Positions 38,162 through 46,403 of a stretch of DNA of 64,000 nt are shown here, piece by piece. The stretch covers positions 64,229 to 128,228 of the forward strand of contig CAWGFA010000012.1 of NCBI GenBank assembly GCA_963821725.1, in the 5' to 3' direction. The stretch is from an uncultured Acidimicrobiia bacterium (GTDB lineage: Bacteria > Actinomycetota > Acidimicrobiia > Acidimicrobiales > JACDCH01). The translations under genes and the position numbers were made by a program. The number at the start of each line of letters is the position of its first letter. Position 1 is the stretch's first letter. The notes under the pieces were generated by a model. The model saw only the letters and a list, made by a program, of their open reading frames with translations, searched no databases and was not told where the DNA came from.

Positions 38162-39590
38162 TGTCGGCGACGCGCTTCGGGTGCTGCTCGACCCGGCGCT
38201 CGAGCCCATCGTCGAAGTCGTCCTCGTGCGCGACGGCGACGCGCTCGAGGCGCACGCTGCCGATGGATCTGTGCGGTTCGATCGGGACGGCGCGGTGCTG
38301 TCGGAGCAAGGCCGGAACCCTCTGGCCGACCAGGCGACCGATCGGTTCGCCGGGCTGGCGAACGAGTGTGCCTCCTTGCAGCCCGACCGCAGCGCGAACA
38401 GCTATCCGTTCGCGTACGAGCAGGCGGCGCAGTTGTTCGACCATCCGTGTGCGCCGGATCTGTGCGTGATCCACACCGCCGCGCACAACTGGGAGGACCA
38501 GGGCGGCCATCGCGGCGAGCACGGGTCGATCGACGTGGTGCAGGCACGGGCGCCCTTCATCATCGCCGGCGCCGGCGTCCGGTCGGCGGGCATGGTGGCG
38601 CGAGCGGCGAAGCTCGTCGACGTGGTTCCGACCCTTCTGCGGCTGATGGGCGCTGCGCCCCCGTTGCAGACCGACGGATCCGTGCTCGACGACGTGCTGC
38701 TGGCCGACGGCAGCCCGCCCGAGCACGTCATCGGGTTCCTGTGGGACGGCTGCAACCCGAACGTGCTGTACGACGCGGTCGCCAACGGTGACGCGCCGAA
38801 CGTCGGACGTCTGATGGCGATGGGCACGACGTACGAGCACGGTGCGATGGCATCGCTGCCGACGGTCACCCTCGCCAACCACACCTCTGTGCTCACCGGC
38901 TTGCACCCGGGTCACCACGGGATCCTGCACAACGCCTGGTGGGACAGCAACGATCTCCGCCAGGTCATCACCAACTCACCCGCGACGTGGCACGAGGCGT
39001 CGAGCTGGCTGTTTCCCGGCGTCGAGACGATGCATGACGCGGTGCACCGCACGTGGCCCGACGCGTGCACGGTGTCCATCAACGAGCCGACAGATGCGGG
39101 CGCCGACTTCTCGACGTTCGACTTCGTGCGCCGGGGCGTGGCGCTCGAACGACCGCCGGCGCCGGACGAGTTGCCGTACGCCGACCAACGGTTCGTGCGC
39201 CCGGTCAAGGAGTACCGGTGGTCGAGCCGGGTCGACCACACGACCGTGCAGCAGTTCAAGGGCGTGTGGTCGGGTCACTACCTGGGCTCGGATTGGGCGC
39301 GCCCCAAGTTCACGTGGTGCAACTTCTCGTTGACGGACGCCGCGTTCCACGAAGGTGGGCCCCATTCGGACATCGCCCTCGCGTCCATACGTGACAGCGA
39401 CGCGCGGCTGGGTCAGATCCTCGACGTCGTCGAGCAGTCGGGTGCGTGGGATCGGACCGCGTTCTTCCTCGTCGCCGACCACGGCATGGAGGAAACGGAC
39501 CCGGCGGTCACCGGCGACTGGAGCCCCGCGCTGACCGACGCCGGCATCTCCCACCGCGACGAAGCCTTCGGGTTCATCTACCTCACGTAG
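38145..39590 (+). CDS. alkaline-phosphatase superfamily protein (nucleotide pyrophosphatase/phosphodiesterase-like)
   Basis: Intact 481-aa ORF that overlaps the upstream gene by 17 nt. The NPP-type nucleophile region is LPTVTLANHTSVLTGLHPGHHGI and the distal metal site is FFLVADHGM. The first 170 aa resemble the C-terminal part of an NPP domain (HTAAHNWEDQGGHRGEHG). Confidence 0.7.
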   Translation: MSATTDVGDALRVLLDPALEPIVEVVLVRDGDALEAHAADGSVRFDRDGAVLSEQGRNPLADQATDRFAGLANECASLQPDRSANSYPFAYEQAAQLFDHPCAPDLCVIHTAAHNWEDQGGHRGEHGSIDVVQARAPFIIAGAGVRSAGMVARAAKLVDVVPTLLRLMGAAPPLQTDGSVLDDVLLADGSPPEHVIGFLWDGCNPNVLYDAVANGDAPNVGRLMAMGTTYEHGAMASLPTVTLANHTSVLTGLHPGHHGILHNAWWDSNDLRQVITNSPATWHEASSWLFPGVETMHDAVHRTWPDACTVSINEPTDAGADFSTFDFVRRGVALERPPAPDELPYADQRFVRPVKEYRWSSRVDHTTVQQFKGVWSGHYLGSDWARPKFTWCNFSLTDAAFHEGGPHSDIALASIRDSDARLGQILDVVEQSGAWDRTAFFLVADHGMEETDPAVTGDWSPALTDAGISHRDEAFGFIYLT

Positions 39591-39598
39591 GTCGGTTG

Positions 39599-39646
39599 CG
39601 AATGTTGGTGCGCCGTGGTCGCTATGGCGACCACGGCGACCCGGAG
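39599..39646 (+). repeat. REP-like hairpin element family R, copy d (swapped stem)
   Basis: CGAATGTTGGTG-CGCCGTGGTCGC-tatg-GCGACCACGGCG-ACCCGGAG. The flanks match the family, but the perfect 12-bp stem has a different sequence. It starts 8 nt after the stop at 39590. Confidence 0.75.
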
Positions 39647-40472
39647 ATCACGGGGGGAGTGAGGATCAACTCGTCCGGGAGGTCGAACGGCGCCGGCTGT
39701 GAGCCGTCGATGTCGGTGACGCCGTAGTCGCGAGCGAGCTCGCCGACGCGATAGCCGCCACCGGATCGGCGCGCGACCTCCGGGTCCGATAGGAGGGCGG
39801 CGACGCAGCGACCCGTGTACTCGGGTGACTCGAGTCCTGTCGCGCCCGCCATCTGCACCCGCTCGGTCGTGGTGAAGCCCGGGAACACGGCGACGACGTT
39901 CACGCCGTGAGGACGCAGCTCGTGGGCGAGAGTCGCGGTGGCGCGCACGATCGCCGACTTCGCCGTGTCGTACATGACCGCGCCCAGGTAGCGGCCGCGG
40001 TCCCACGCCGCGATGTTCACGATGAGGCCGCGGGAGCCGAGAAGCATCGGGATCGCGGCGTGCGACGTCGCCAGCGTGGGCTGCAGGCCGGCGACGAACA
40101 TGCCGTTCCACTTCGCGACGAAGTCCTGCTCCCAGAACGGCGCGGAGAACCCTGCGTGGTCGTACACCTCGTAGCCGCCCCACGCGTTGTTCACGAGCAC
40201 GTCGAGGTTGCCGTCGCAGTCGTCGGCGACGCGCTGCATCAACGCCTCGATGTCGGCGTAGTCGGTGTGGTCGCAACGGACCGCGACGCCGCGGCCGCCC
40301 CGCTCGGTGACGAGTGCCGCGGTCTCGTCCACGGTGCCGGGTGCGTCGTCGAGCGGTTTCGTCCCACCCGTGGTGCGACCGGTCACGTACACGACTGCGC
40401 CCATGTCGCCGAGGGACAACGCGATGCCACGACCGATGCCACGACTCGCTCCGGTGACGATCGCGACAGTCA
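39622..40472 (-). CDS. SDR family oxidoreductase
   Basis: Real part of ORF 39622..40794(-), GTG start at 40472. VTVAIVTGASRGIGRGIA...NNAWGG...YDTAKSA.... The last 8 codons lie inside repeat copy d, so the exact 3' end is uncertain. Confidence 0.8.
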
Positions 40473-40501
40473 CGGCTGCACCGTACGAATCCGAGTGCGA
40501 G

Positions 40502-40619
40502 CGACGGAGCGCCAGCGGAGGAGCGGCCATGACCGGCCTGCGTGGCCGGGGAACGCCGACAGCACGACGGAGCGCCAGCGGAGGAGCGGCCATGACCGGC
40601 CTGCGTGGCCGGGGAACGC
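40502..40619. repeat. tandem-repeat family T, two perfect 55-bp copies with a 63-bp period
   Basis: CGACGGAGCGCCAGCGGAGGAGCGGCCATGACCGGCCTGCGTGGCCGGGGAACGC occurs at 40502-40556 and again at 40565-40619. On the minus strand the array begins 11 nt after the acyl-CoA dehydrogenase stop (40631) and ends 30 nt before the SDR start (40472). Confidence 0.85.
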
Positions 40620-40630
40620 AGGTGGCATCG

Positions 40631-41738
40631 TCATTGCTTCGGCAGGCCCAAGATGCGCTCGCCGATGATGTTCTTCTGCACCTGAGTCGTTCCTCCCGCG
40701 ATGCGTCCGCCGGGCGCGGCCGTCGCACCGAGCGACGCGTCGTTGGCCAGCATGGCGTCTGCTCCGCCGATCGACGTGCGCAGCATCGCGGCATCGAACA
40801 GCAACTCGGTCACGCCCAGCTTCAGCAACGAGCCCGCGACCGACGCCATCGGTCCCTGTCGTTGCGCGAGCGCGAGATAGGCGCGCCCGCGTGCGACGAG
40901 GTGCGCGAGCTCGTCGCGCTCGACAGGGCCGACGCCACGGTCGGAGCTGTCGGCCATCGACGCCATCCCGTCGAGGCGGCGCTGCAGCGAGATGGCCGAC
41001 GCGCCGATGTGGCCGCGCTCGTTCGTGAGCGTCGCCATCCCGACGTTCCAACCGTCGTTCTCGGCACCCAGGAGACAGGTCGCAGGTACGCGCACAGTGT
41101 CGAGGAAGACCTCGTCGAACTCGGATCCGCCCGTCATCTGCCGCAGCGGCCGCACGTCGACACCCGGCGAGTGCATGTCGACCAGGAAGAACGAGATGCC
41201 GCGGTGCGGTTTGGCCGTCGGGTCGGTCCGGGCCATGCAGATGCCCCAGTCGCTGATCCGGCCGTTGGAGCACCAGACCTTCTGCCCGGTCAGGACGATA
41301 CTCGTCCCCGTCACGGTCCGCTCGTGTGGTGAGGGAGGCGAGGTCGGATCCCGCGCCCGGCTCGCTGAACAACTGGCACCAAACGCGCTCGCCGGTGATG
41401 ATCGGTCGCAGGTGCTCTCGCTGCTGCTCCTCGGTGCCGAACAGGAGCAACGATCCGCCCGCGAGGACGACGCCGACCATGTTGATGAAGGGCGGGACAC
41501 CGGCGAGCGCGCACTGCTCGATCCAGGCCGCCGTGTGCTCGGGCGTGAGGCCGCGCCCGCCGTGTTCCTCGGGCCAGTGGATGCCGGCGAAGCCGGCGTC
41601 GAAGAGTCGTCGTTGCCACGCGGTTCCTTCGTCGCGCAGATCGGGCGGCAGGATCGCGCCGTAGTCCCGCGGCGCGTCCGACTTGTTCGCCGCCAGCCAC
41701 GCCGCCGCCTCGTCCCGGAACGCCTCGACGTCGATCAC
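40631..41738 (-). pseudogene. acyl-CoA dehydrogenase family protein, one frame disruption near 41300
   Basis: ORF 40470..41738(-) gives MIDVEAFRDEAAAWL...WCQLFSEPGAGSDLASLTTRADRDGDEY. ORF 40631..41500(-) continues with ...IVLTGQKVWCSNG...GGTTQVQKNIIGERILGLPKQ. Confidence 0.85.
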
Positions 41739-41761
41739 CTGCGCTCGTCCCTCCTGGCGAA

Positions 41762-41809
41762 CTCCGGGTCGATTGTGGGGCTATAACCCCACAATCGAAC
41801 CAACATTCG
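41762..41809 (-). repeat. REP-like hairpin element family R, copy e (best copy)
   Basis: The minus strand reads CGAATGTTGGT-TCGATTGTGGGG-ttatag-CCCCACAATCGA-CCCGGAG. It begins 10 nt after the SDR stop (41820) and ends 24 nt before the acyl-CoA dehydrogenase start (41738). Confidence 0.8.
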
Positions 41810-41819
41810 GAAGCGAGGA

Positions 41820-42713
41820 TCAGGACAGGGCCTTGAGGGCGAGGCCCAGTTCCTCGTTGAGGTTGGTGGGCACCGAGTAGCCGGACTCCTCGCGGATCTC
41901 GTCGAAGTGATCGCGGACCGACTCGGGCGACAGTTCGTGATCGACGAAGCCCGGCGTCACGCCGACGAAGACGCGGGCGACGCGTCCGCCGCCGACGGAG
42001 TAGACCTCGCCGCTGACCGGACAGCTGTCGTGGGCGAGGTACGTGACGAGCGGCGTCACGAACTCGGGCGCGAGCTTGTCGGCGATCGGACCGAGCAGCT
42101 CCTCGGTCATGCGTGTCTTCGCCACCGGCGCGATCGCGTTGGCCTTGATGTTGCTCTTCGCACCCTCGACCGCGAGCACGCGGGTGAGGCCGACGAGTCC
42201 CATCTTGGCCGCGCCGTAGTTGCCCTGGCCGAAGTTGCCGAACACGCCGGCGCCCGACGACGTGTTCACGATGCGCCCGTACCCCTGCTCACGCATGATC
42301 GACCATGCCGGTTGGGTCACGTAGAACGCCCCCCGCAGGTGCACGTCGAGCACCGGGTTGAGCTGGTCGGGCGTCATGTTCTTGAACGACGCGTCGCGCA
42401 GGATGCCGGCGTTGTTGATGATGATGTCGACTCGGCCGAACGCGTCGGTCGCGGTCTTGACGATGTTGGCGCCGCCTTCGGGTGTGGCGACCGAGTCGTA
42501 GTTGGGCACCGCCTCGCCGCCCGCTGCCTTGATCTCGTCGACCACCTTCTGTGCGGCCGTCTCCGACCCGCCGGTGCCGTCGACCGAGCCGCCGAGGTCG
42601 TTCACCACGACCAGTGCGCCGCGCTTCGCGAGCTCGAGCGCATGTGACCGTCCCAATCCGCCTCCGGCACCGGTGATGATCGCAACCTTGCCGTCGAATC
42701 CCAGATCTGCCAT
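41820..42713 (-). CDS. SDR family oxidoreductase (NDLGG-type, like the dehydrogenase domain of multifunctional hydroxyacyl-CoA dehydrogenases)
   Basis: Intact 297-aa ORF. GKVAIITGAGGGLGRSHAL...VVVNDLGG...NNAGILRD...YGAAKMG.... Confidence 0.85.
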   Translation of the reverse strand: MADLGFDGKVAIITGAGGGLGRSHALELAKRGALVVVNDLGGSVDGTGGSETAAQKVVDEIKAAGGEAVPNYDSVATPEGGANIVKTATDAFGRVDIIINNAGILRDASFKNMTPDQLNPVLDVHLRGAFYVTQPAWSIMREQGYGRIVNTSSGAGVFGNFGQGNYGAAKMGLVGLTRVLAVEGAKSNIKANAIAPVAKTRMTEELLGPIADKLAPEFVTPLVTYLAHDSCPVSGEVYSVGGGRVARVFVGVTPGFVDHELSPESVRDHFDEIREESGYSVPTNLNEELGLALKALS

Positions 42714-42726
42714 GGCGGCAAGCTAA

Positions 42727-44337
42727 TCAGGAGATGCCGAGCGCCTCCAATGCGCGCGCCCGAACGCCCTTGTAGTCGACCTTGCCGTTCGGGGCGCGCT
42801 GGATCGACTCGACGACGACCACACGCTTCGGGGCCTTGTAGGCGGCGAGCTTGCCCTTCACGTGCGCGATCACGTCGCCTTCGTCCACCTCGGCGTCGGG
42901 GAACGGCTCCACGACGGCCGTGATCGCCTCGCCGAACTTGTCGTCCGGCACGCCGACGGCGACGGCGTCGCGAACCGACGGATGCAGCTTGAGCACCTCT
43001 TCGACTTCCTCGGGGAAGACCTTCTCGCCGCCGGTGTTGATGCACACCGACCCGCGCCCGAGCAGCGTGATCGAGCCGTCCGCTTCGATCGTCGCGTAGT
43101 CGCCCGGTACCGAGTAGCGCTTGCCGTCGATCGTGAGGAACGTCGCCGCGCTCTTGTCGGGGTCCTTGTAGTAGCCGACCGGCTGGCGGCCGGTGACGGC
43201 GACGCGGCCGACCTCGCCCGACCCGGCGACGACGTCGCGGCCGTCGTCGGTGATCACCCGGGCGTTGGGACCGAGCGCGAACTTGGCCGTCTTCGTCTCG
43301 CCGCCCGCCGTCGTGAGTGATGTGCCCATGCCAAGCGCTTCGGACGACGAGAACCCGTCGCTCAGGAGCATGCCACCGTGATGACGGAGCAGACCCTGCT
43401 TGGTCTCCTCGCTCCACATGACACCTGACGACACGATCAGGATGAGGCTCGACAGGTCCCACTTGCCGGGCTGATCGTCGAGCGCGCGCAGCACCGGCTT
43501 CGCGAACGCGTCACCGACCCACGCGATCGCGTTGACGCCTTCACGTTCGATCGTGTCGAGCAGTTCGACGGCATCGAACGATCGGCCCTCGAGCGTGACG
43601 ACACATCCGCCCGACGTCATCGCCGACAACGCGGTGAACATCCCCGTGCCGTGCATCAACGGTGCCGCGGGGACGATCACCCGCCCTGGCGCGACGCACA
43701 GCTCGCGGACCTTGTCGAGGTTCGCCTCGACGCCGAAGTCGACGCCGCTCGGCGGGTTCAGGTAGACGAACAGGTCGTCCAGCTGCCACATGACGCCCTT
43801 CGGCATGCCCGTGGTACCGCCGGTGTAGAGGAGCAGAAGATCTTCGCCGCCGCGTCCGTGCGCCGGCACCGTCCGTTCGGCGGCTGAGGTTGCCGCGTCC
43901 TCGTAGGGGATGGCCCACTCGGGACACGGGCCGCTCCCGTCGTCGACCCACAGCCAGGTTCGGACGCTCGGGACGCGATCGCGGACCCGCTCGCAGCGCT
44001 CGACGAAGCAGCCGTGGAACACGACCGCGACTGCGTCAGCGTTGTCCCACAGATAGACGAGCTCGTCGTCGGCGTACCGGTAGTTCGTGTTCACCGGAGC
44101 CAGGCCGGCCTTGAAGACGGCGAACATCGACTCCATGTACTCAGGGCAGTTGTAGAGGTAGTGCGCGACCTTGTCCTGGCGTGTCGCGCCGGCGTCGAGC
44201 AGGACCTTGGCGACGCCGTCGGCCCGGCGGTCCATCTCCCCCCACGTGACGCGACGGTTGCCCTGCACCTGCGCAGGTGCGTCCGGGAGGGTCTCGGCGA
44301 CCACCTCCCAGACGTCCGCGAAGTTCCAGCCGGACAT
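42727..44337 (-). CDS. acyl-CoA synthetase (AMP-binding, ANL superfamily)
   Basis: Start MSGWNFADVWE (ATG 44337, AAGGGGAA upstream). AMP-binding motif LLYTGGTTGMPKGV, later ...GDYATIEADGSITLLGRGS... and a C-terminal PNGKVDYK. Intact. Confidence 0.85.
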   Translation of the reverse strand: MSGWNFADVWEVVAETLPDAPAQVQGNRRVTWGEMDRRADGVAKVLLDAGATRQDKVAHYLYNCPEYMESMFAVFKAGLAPVNTNYRYADDELVYLWDNADAVAVVFHGCFVERCERVRDRVPSVRTWLWVDDGSGPCPEWAIPYEDAATSAAERTVPAHGRGGEDLLLLYTGGTTGMPKGVMWQLDDLFVYLNPPSGVDFGVEANLDKVRELCVAPGRVIVPAAPLMHGTGMFTALSAMTSGGCVVTLEGRSFDAVELLDTIEREGVNAIAWVGDAFAKPVLRALDDQPGKWDLSSLILIVSSGVMWSEETKQGLLRHHGGMLLSDGFSSSEALGMGTSLTTAGGETKTAKFALGPNARVITDDGRDVVAGSGEVGRVAVTGRQPVGYYKDPDKSAATFLTIDGKRYSVPGDYATIEADGSITLLGRGSVCINTGGEKVFPEEVEEVLKLHPSVRDAVAVGVPDDKFGEAITAVVEPFPDAEVDEGDVIAHVKGKLAAYKAPKRVVVVESIQRAPNGKVDYKGVRARALEALGIS

Positions 44338-44416
44338 CTGTTCCCCTTTGTGCTGCGATCTGGTGGCCGCGGATCGTACCGGTCGCTGTGACACGATCGG
44401 GCCTTCCGGGGCTTTC

Positions 44417-44941
44417 ATGGACGTGGAGGTCGTATCGGTGGGGACTGCGCTTCCGGAGCGGACGGACTTCGACGACTTCGTCGCGGACGTCGAGCCCCGG
44501 TTGCGACGGGCCCTCGTCGCCGCCTACGGGCCCGAGGCGGGACGGGAAGCGGTCGCTGATGCACTGGCGTGGGCCTGGCAGAACTGGGACCGGCTACGCG
44601 GAATGGACAACCCGTCCGGCTACCTGTGGCGGGTCGGCCAGAGCGCCGTTCGCAGCGCCGCTCGCCGCTCGCGTCGCGAGCTCACCGCAGTCGTCGAGGT
44701 CGAGCTTCAGCCGCTCGACGCCCATCGCGAGCCGCGGGTCGAGCCCGCGCTCGACGGCGCGCTCGCCGAGCTCTCGCCGCAGCAACGAGCGGCCGTCGTC
44801 CTCGTGCACGGCTACGGCTACTCCCTGAGCGAAGCCGCCGCGGTCCTGTCCTGCTCCGTCTCGACGGTGCGCAACCACGTGCAACGCGCGCTGCGCCGTC
44901 TGCATGCAGCCCTGGAGGTGTCCGAGGTGTCCGATGAGTGA
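44417..44941 (+). CDS. ECF-type RNA polymerase sigma-70 family factor
   Basis: MDVEVVSVG.... Region 2 reads ...ADALAWAWQNWDRLRGMDNPSGYLWRVG. Region 4 reads LSPQQRAAVVLVHGYGYSLSEAAAVLSCSVSTVRNHVQRALRRL. Confidence 0.85.
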   Translation: MDVEVVSVGTALPERTDFDDFVADVEPRLRRALVAAYGPEAGREAVADALAWAWQNWDRLRGMDNPSGYLWRVGQSAVRSAARRSRRELTAVVEVELQPLDAHREPRVEPALDGALAELSPQQRAAVVLVHGYGYSLSEAAAVLSCSVSTVRNHVQRALRRLHAALEVSEVSDE

Positions 44942-46371
44942 GCGTCCGCCGCGTCCTGAGGTCAGTGCGTTCCTGCACGATCGAGCGACCTCACTCGATC
45001 GGGAAGCGGCGCCGGTGACGGCGGACGAAGCAGCGCGCCGGACGATCGTCGACGCCGGCAAACCAGGTCGGCAGTGGCCGGCAGCGTTGCGTCCCGCTCA
45101 GATGCGGACGAGTCCTCGGTCGGTGCTCGCCGCGGCCGCGGTCGTCGCGCTCGTCGTCGGTGCGCTCGGCGGCTTCGCGGTCGGCCGGTCCAGCGCGCCG
45201 AAGCACTCGACGGTCGCAACGGCCGCTGCGAACGCACCGAAGCCAGAGTCGGTCGACGGGTCGACGACGCTTCCGGGGCTCGTCGCCAATGGCTCCACCG
45301 GCATGGCCATCGCTTCTGGTGTCAACCAAGGGTCACCGATGACGCGGCTGTTCGATCGCACGACGTCGGACGGAATCGCGATTCACGCCTTCAAGCAGGA
45401 CCAGAGCGCGGCCGTCGTTCCCTCCCGAGGTTGCGTGCGCGGTCACCAACGTGCCGGACGGTGTCACGACGACGGTCACGGCGCCTGCAGGAACAAATCA
45501 GCCGTCGTGCCCCGCGAACGCCTGGTCCCCGCCGCCCGAGTGCTACGGCAACAGCCTCGTCGTCGAGGCTGGGAATCAAGGTGCCGTCGGGCAGACGGGG
45601 TCGCCCGGATATCCGCTGCACGACGTCGCGGCGGTGACGTCGCCGCTCAGGTTCGGCGACGCAGAAGGCAGTCCCGCGTCCGGATGGATCGTGAACACGA
45701 GCGACCAGGTGGCCAAGGTCGAGGCACGGTGGACCGATGGTTTCGTCGATTCCATGGCGCCGACCAACGGCTGGGCTGTCGTCGCGCACAACGGAGCGAA
45801 CTTCAACGCGACGATCGTCGTGTTCAGCAACACGGGCGCAGCGCTGAAGACGTTCACGACAGGCGGCGGGACCAGCTACCAACAGCCGCCTGCGGAGTGC
45901 ATGCCACCGCCGCCGGCGCCCCCGCCGCTGCCGCCGGCCGGCGCTGAACAACCGGACGACCCGTCTGCGGCGCGCCAAGCGGTCACCAATGCGTACCAGA
46001 CCGTGTTCACGCACGGCAGCGATCCGACGACGAACGCCGCGCTCATCGAGGATCCCGACAGCCTCAAGCAAGCGCAGGAGACGGTTCGTTCCAACTTCCC
46101 ACAGGCGCTCGACACGGTGACCGTGACGGTCGGCGAAATGGTGTTCACGTCGAAGACGGAGGCCGCGCTCTACTTCGAGCTCAACTACCAAGGTGGTGCG
46201 CTGTTCGGTCAGCAGATCGGCCACGCGAAGCTGATCGACGGTACGTGGAAGATCGCGCACGACACGATGTGCATGGTGCTCGGCTGGGGTGGCGGCCAGT
46301 GCGACGGTGGGTCGGGGTCGAGCCCTGGCGCCCCGCCCGCGACACCCTTGACGACGATCCCCAACAACTAG
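44934..46371 (+). pseudogene. putative anti-sigma factor / single-pass membrane protein with a large extracytoplasmic domain, one frame disruption near 45425
   Basis: The ATG overlaps the sigma-factor stop (ATGAGTGA). The TM helix is VLAAAAVVALVVGALGGFAV. The extracytoplasmic part continues in ORF 45451..46371. The shift falls in TCCCGAG, the same context as one of the Mca indels. Confidence 0.5.
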
Positions 46372-46403
46372 TCCCGCGAGGCGGTGGCTACCATCGCTGC
46401 GCC

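Noticed and set aside
41683-41880. Short ORFs crossing the family R elements that translate to similar peptides (WGYNPTIEPTFGS, WGDSPTIEPTFAE, LWGYRPTIDPKLE)
   Set aside because: The peptide similarity is simply the repeated nucleotide element read in one frame. These ORFs have no consistent start, stop or context, and they overlap hairpins located in 3' UTR-like spacers.
41820-42713. Possible recent segmental duplication involving the two NDLGG-type SDR genes (41820-42713 and 54263-55159) and the two acyl-CoA dehydrogenases (40631-41738 and 46404-47528)
   Set aside because: The protein pairs share family motifs but are clearly diverged along their length. Their flanking genes also differ. 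These are old paralogs typical of actinobacterial lipid-catabolic regions, not a recent duplication.
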